64,000 bases of DNA, taken from assembly GCF_000143415.4 (NCBI RefSeq), contig NW_003314289.1, forward strand, positions 1,110,787-1,174,786. Reading direction: 5' to 3'. The first letter of the stretch is position 1; every line of letters starts with the position of its first letter. The DNA comes from Selaginella moellendorffii. Lineage: Eukaryota > Plantae > Lycopodiophyta. Positions 61,041 through 64,000 of this stretch are shown piece after piece. The notes below the pieces were generated by a model. That model saw only the letters and a list, made by a program, of their open reading frames with translations, did not search any database and was not told where the DNA came from. A program made the translations under genes and the position numbers.

Positions 61041-61140
61041 CACGATAGTATATTGTACAAACCATGATATCGTCTGTAAATCAATCAAAAAGAGATATTT
61101 TGCGTTGTATGCTTTTGTGTGGAGGAAGTTGCTTGCTGCT

Positions 61141-62961
61141 ATGGCGCAAAGTGGTGTGTGTGGGATTGAGAGAGCAAGGCTGTGGAGAGATGGAGGAGGA
61201 GTTTGTGCTTCTTTGAAGAATCGACCATGGCCATTGTCTCGTTTGAGAAGATTTAAGATTTCTTTGGTAGCAGCAGCAGCAGCTACTGGCGAGGAGGCCC
61301 TGATTGATGCGTTGGTTGGAGTTGGAGGGCGAGGCCGGAGTGCAAGCCAAGAACAACTCAAGGTGAATTACATCATTGTTCGTTTTTTTTTACCAAAACT
61401 ATATTTGAATTATACTGTATTTTTTGGCCAGGCAATTGCGAATGCTGTGACAGCACTTGAGTCGGAAGGAGGCATCGAAGAACCTGTGAGTGATTCGAAG
61501 AAAAGAGTGAGATTTTGATGATTTGATTTGTGCAGACAAAGTCGGAGTTGATCGAAGGCCTATGGAGATTAATGTACACAACAAGGCCCAGCACTGCATC
61601 CCCGATTCAAGTTAAACCTTCTACTACAACCATTCGTTCATTTTATTCACTGCCTGGACTTTTTTGTAGAGGACTTTTGTGGGAGTGGATGCATTTACAG
61701 TTTTCCAAGACATCAAACTCAGCGATCGCAGTGATCAAAGAGTGTCAAACACTGTAAAGTTTTCTGAGAAAATTGGTGAGCTCAAAGTGGAGGTAAGCAA
61801 ACATAGTCTGCTCGTTTCTTTAACTTTGGAGAAATCTTCCAGGCCGAAGCCTCAGTTGCTAGCTCCAAAAGGATCAACTTTCGTTTCGACCGGGCCGCAT
61901 TCTCTTTCTCGTTCCTTCCATTCAAAGTTCCATACCCGGTTCCTTTCCGTTTGCTGGGCGACGAGGCCAAAGGATGGCTCGACACAACTTATCTCTCTCC
62001 CTCTGGAAATATTCGAATCTCAAGAGGCAACAAGGTACACAATTAGACAATTAGTATATCACTATCACATTGGTTTCTCCAGGGGACAACCTTTGTCCTG
62101 CAAAAGACCTTGGACCCTCGACAGCGGCTGCTTGCAGCTATATCCTCAAAAAAGGACGTTGAAAAGGTCTAAGAAACGAGATCTTAGTTTCTTTCAAGAC
62201 TTGTATTTGTTTGATCTTGAAGGTGATTGAAGAGCTGGTTGAGCTCAACTCGACCGAGTCCCCGGCAGAACTGGATGCATTGGCAGGGAAGTGGAGACTA
62301 GTTTGGAGCTCACAAGTAACTCACAAATTACTTTCACACCTTTTCTAAAATACTTGGCAAGTTTTGTAACAGGGCAGCGACGCAAACTGGCTGCAAAAAC
62401 TCACGTCGGGCCTCCCAAGCTGGCAAGTAAGTTTTGAGTGTTGATGCTAATTTAAGAAGACGAAAAGATCTATAGGTACAAAGATCCATACATATTTACA
62501 TAAAGAATGTGGCTGCAGATTGTTAAAGCAGCAAGCGGCGATCTCGAAAATCTGGTAGAGCTGCTGCCCGGATTTCTGAGCCTGAAAGCCAGAGCAACGT
62601 CAGAGTAAGCACTTTGTCTTCCATTCATAATTACGATTAGATTACCATTAACGTGCTAAATCCAGAGCCACCTCCAAAACGCGGCGTCATGTACGGATAC
62701 AAGGCGCGGCCGTACAGCTGTTGGGCGGATCGGTTTCGGTTCCTCTCAACATCGAAGGCGCCGGCTACGTAGAGCTGACGTAAGCATATTCTGTCACCTC
62801 GACAGATATTCTGCCACCACCCGCGGCATATTCTGTCTCTTTGACGTACATTCCGTCACCACCTTTTTTGTTCTTTCAGGTATCTGGACAAGAGGATGAG
62901 AATTAGCAGAGGGAACAGAGGGAGCACATTCGTGCACGTCCGCGACGACGACCAGAATTGA
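61141..62961 (+). CDS. Plastid lipid-associated protein / fibrillin with two PAP domains (PAP12/FBN10-like), multi-exon
   Basis: LIDALVGVGGRGRSAS, LIEGLWRLMYTTRPSTASPIQ, FVGVDAFTVFQDI, LAGKWRLVWSSQ and YLDKRMRISRGNRGSTFV*. Confidence 0.88.
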
Positions 62962-63333
62962 TCCATTATATGTTTTTGATTGATTGATTGAATTGATTGA
63001 CAACAACAACGAACGACGATGTAAAATTATGCATGTTCCCCTTCCCCTCCTCCTATAATAATAAGTATTGTTCATACAAGCCCCCGCCCATCCCCGTGTG
63101 ATCTTATATAAAACTTGGTACAAATACTGTTACTTGGACCTCCTCGTTTTTTTTTGGGATGTTTTTTCCTTCCATAGCTTCGAATGTAGCAACTTTTGTG
63201 TGTCAGATGTGCGGCCTGTGACTGATTATACATGCCCGACTCCAAAGTGAAAGAGGAAAGAAAGACTAGAGCTGAGTGAGAGCGTTCGTAATGTACCTCG
63301 CGCGCGAAGTAGCAAAGTCCCCGAGCTTTGCTC

Positions 63334-64000
63334 TCACCTCTTGTTGATGTTAGCCCGGGAAAGAATGCGCTTCCCGAAAGGGCTGCTGCGTAGCACTGGA
63401 ACGTGTGGGCGAATAGCGTCCACTAACGCCGTGTGTAAAGATCCCTGCAAACGTTTCCAAGCACGAGATGGAGCAAAAATCGCTTTTTTCTTTGAGGTAC
63501 CTTTGCGACAGAGAGAGCACACTGGATGACGTAGTTCGCAAAAGGATCCTGGAGCAGCTGGCTCAGCAGGGAGCTGGTGATGATCTCGCGAATGATCAGA
63601 GCGCGCGAGTCCTCGGACGACTGCTTGAGGCACTTCTCCACGACATTGCTGCTAAACTTTTGCATGGCGAGCAACGCGAAGTTCCCTTCCAGCCTGTAGA
63701 TGACGTCCAGAGTTATCCAAGATTGTTCGAGGTCGAGGATGTACTGAACGACATAGTTACTGCAAAAGGGAAAGGACGGCGTTTAAAGTTAAGGCAAAAC
63801 CCAAGTGTAAGTGCTGTACCCGTATTGGTCTTGCGAAAGAATCAGAGCATTTGCGGCGATCTCGGAAACAAGAAAATGGCACTGTGTTCCCGAGGCAAAG
63901 TCAATACAGCGCTGGAGTACGCAGCAGCCATGCCTGTGTGTACCAATATCCACACAGTGCCGTGCCGCCGCATCAATAATAAACTGCGATCAGAGAGTTG
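63334..64000 (-). CDS. Pumilio/PUF RNA-binding protein, 3' exons (5'-partial)
   Basis: HRHGCCVLQRCID, LSQDQYGNYVVQYIL, QKFSSNVVEKCL, LLQDPFANYVIQ and LRSSPFGKRIL. Confidence 0.92.

Overview
Plant nuclear DNA. The ~50-nt introns, S-motif-rich PPR gene, Tcn1-type chromovirus and CVNH gene suggest a lycophyte such as Selaginella (inference). Left edge: a PPR gene, a serine carboxypeptidase-like pseudogene and a two-exon secreted cyanovirin-N-homologue (CVNH) gene. Positions ~5157-56589 are one nested transposon island. An old Gypsy element (E) hosts chromovirus A, which holds the RT-deleted self-priming element B in its PPT. E also hosts chromovirus C, which holds a solo LTR, which in turn holds non-autonomous element D. 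E further contains a deleted element F and a 13.7-kb TIR-bounded Sola-like DNA transposon. Right edge: SCPL and PPR remnants, pTAC16, a two-domain fibrillin and the 3' end of a Pumilio gene. Two observations stand out. (1) The Sola-like transposon carries a multi-exon ParB-like/methyltransferase-like/FCP1-phosphatase-like cargo gene, together with ~29 dispersed copies of a 22-bp palindrome that I found only inside the element. (2) Chromovirus family A/C keeps two short spliceosomal-type introns inside its integrase in two independently inserted copies. All domain calls come from motif recognition by eye, not from database searches.
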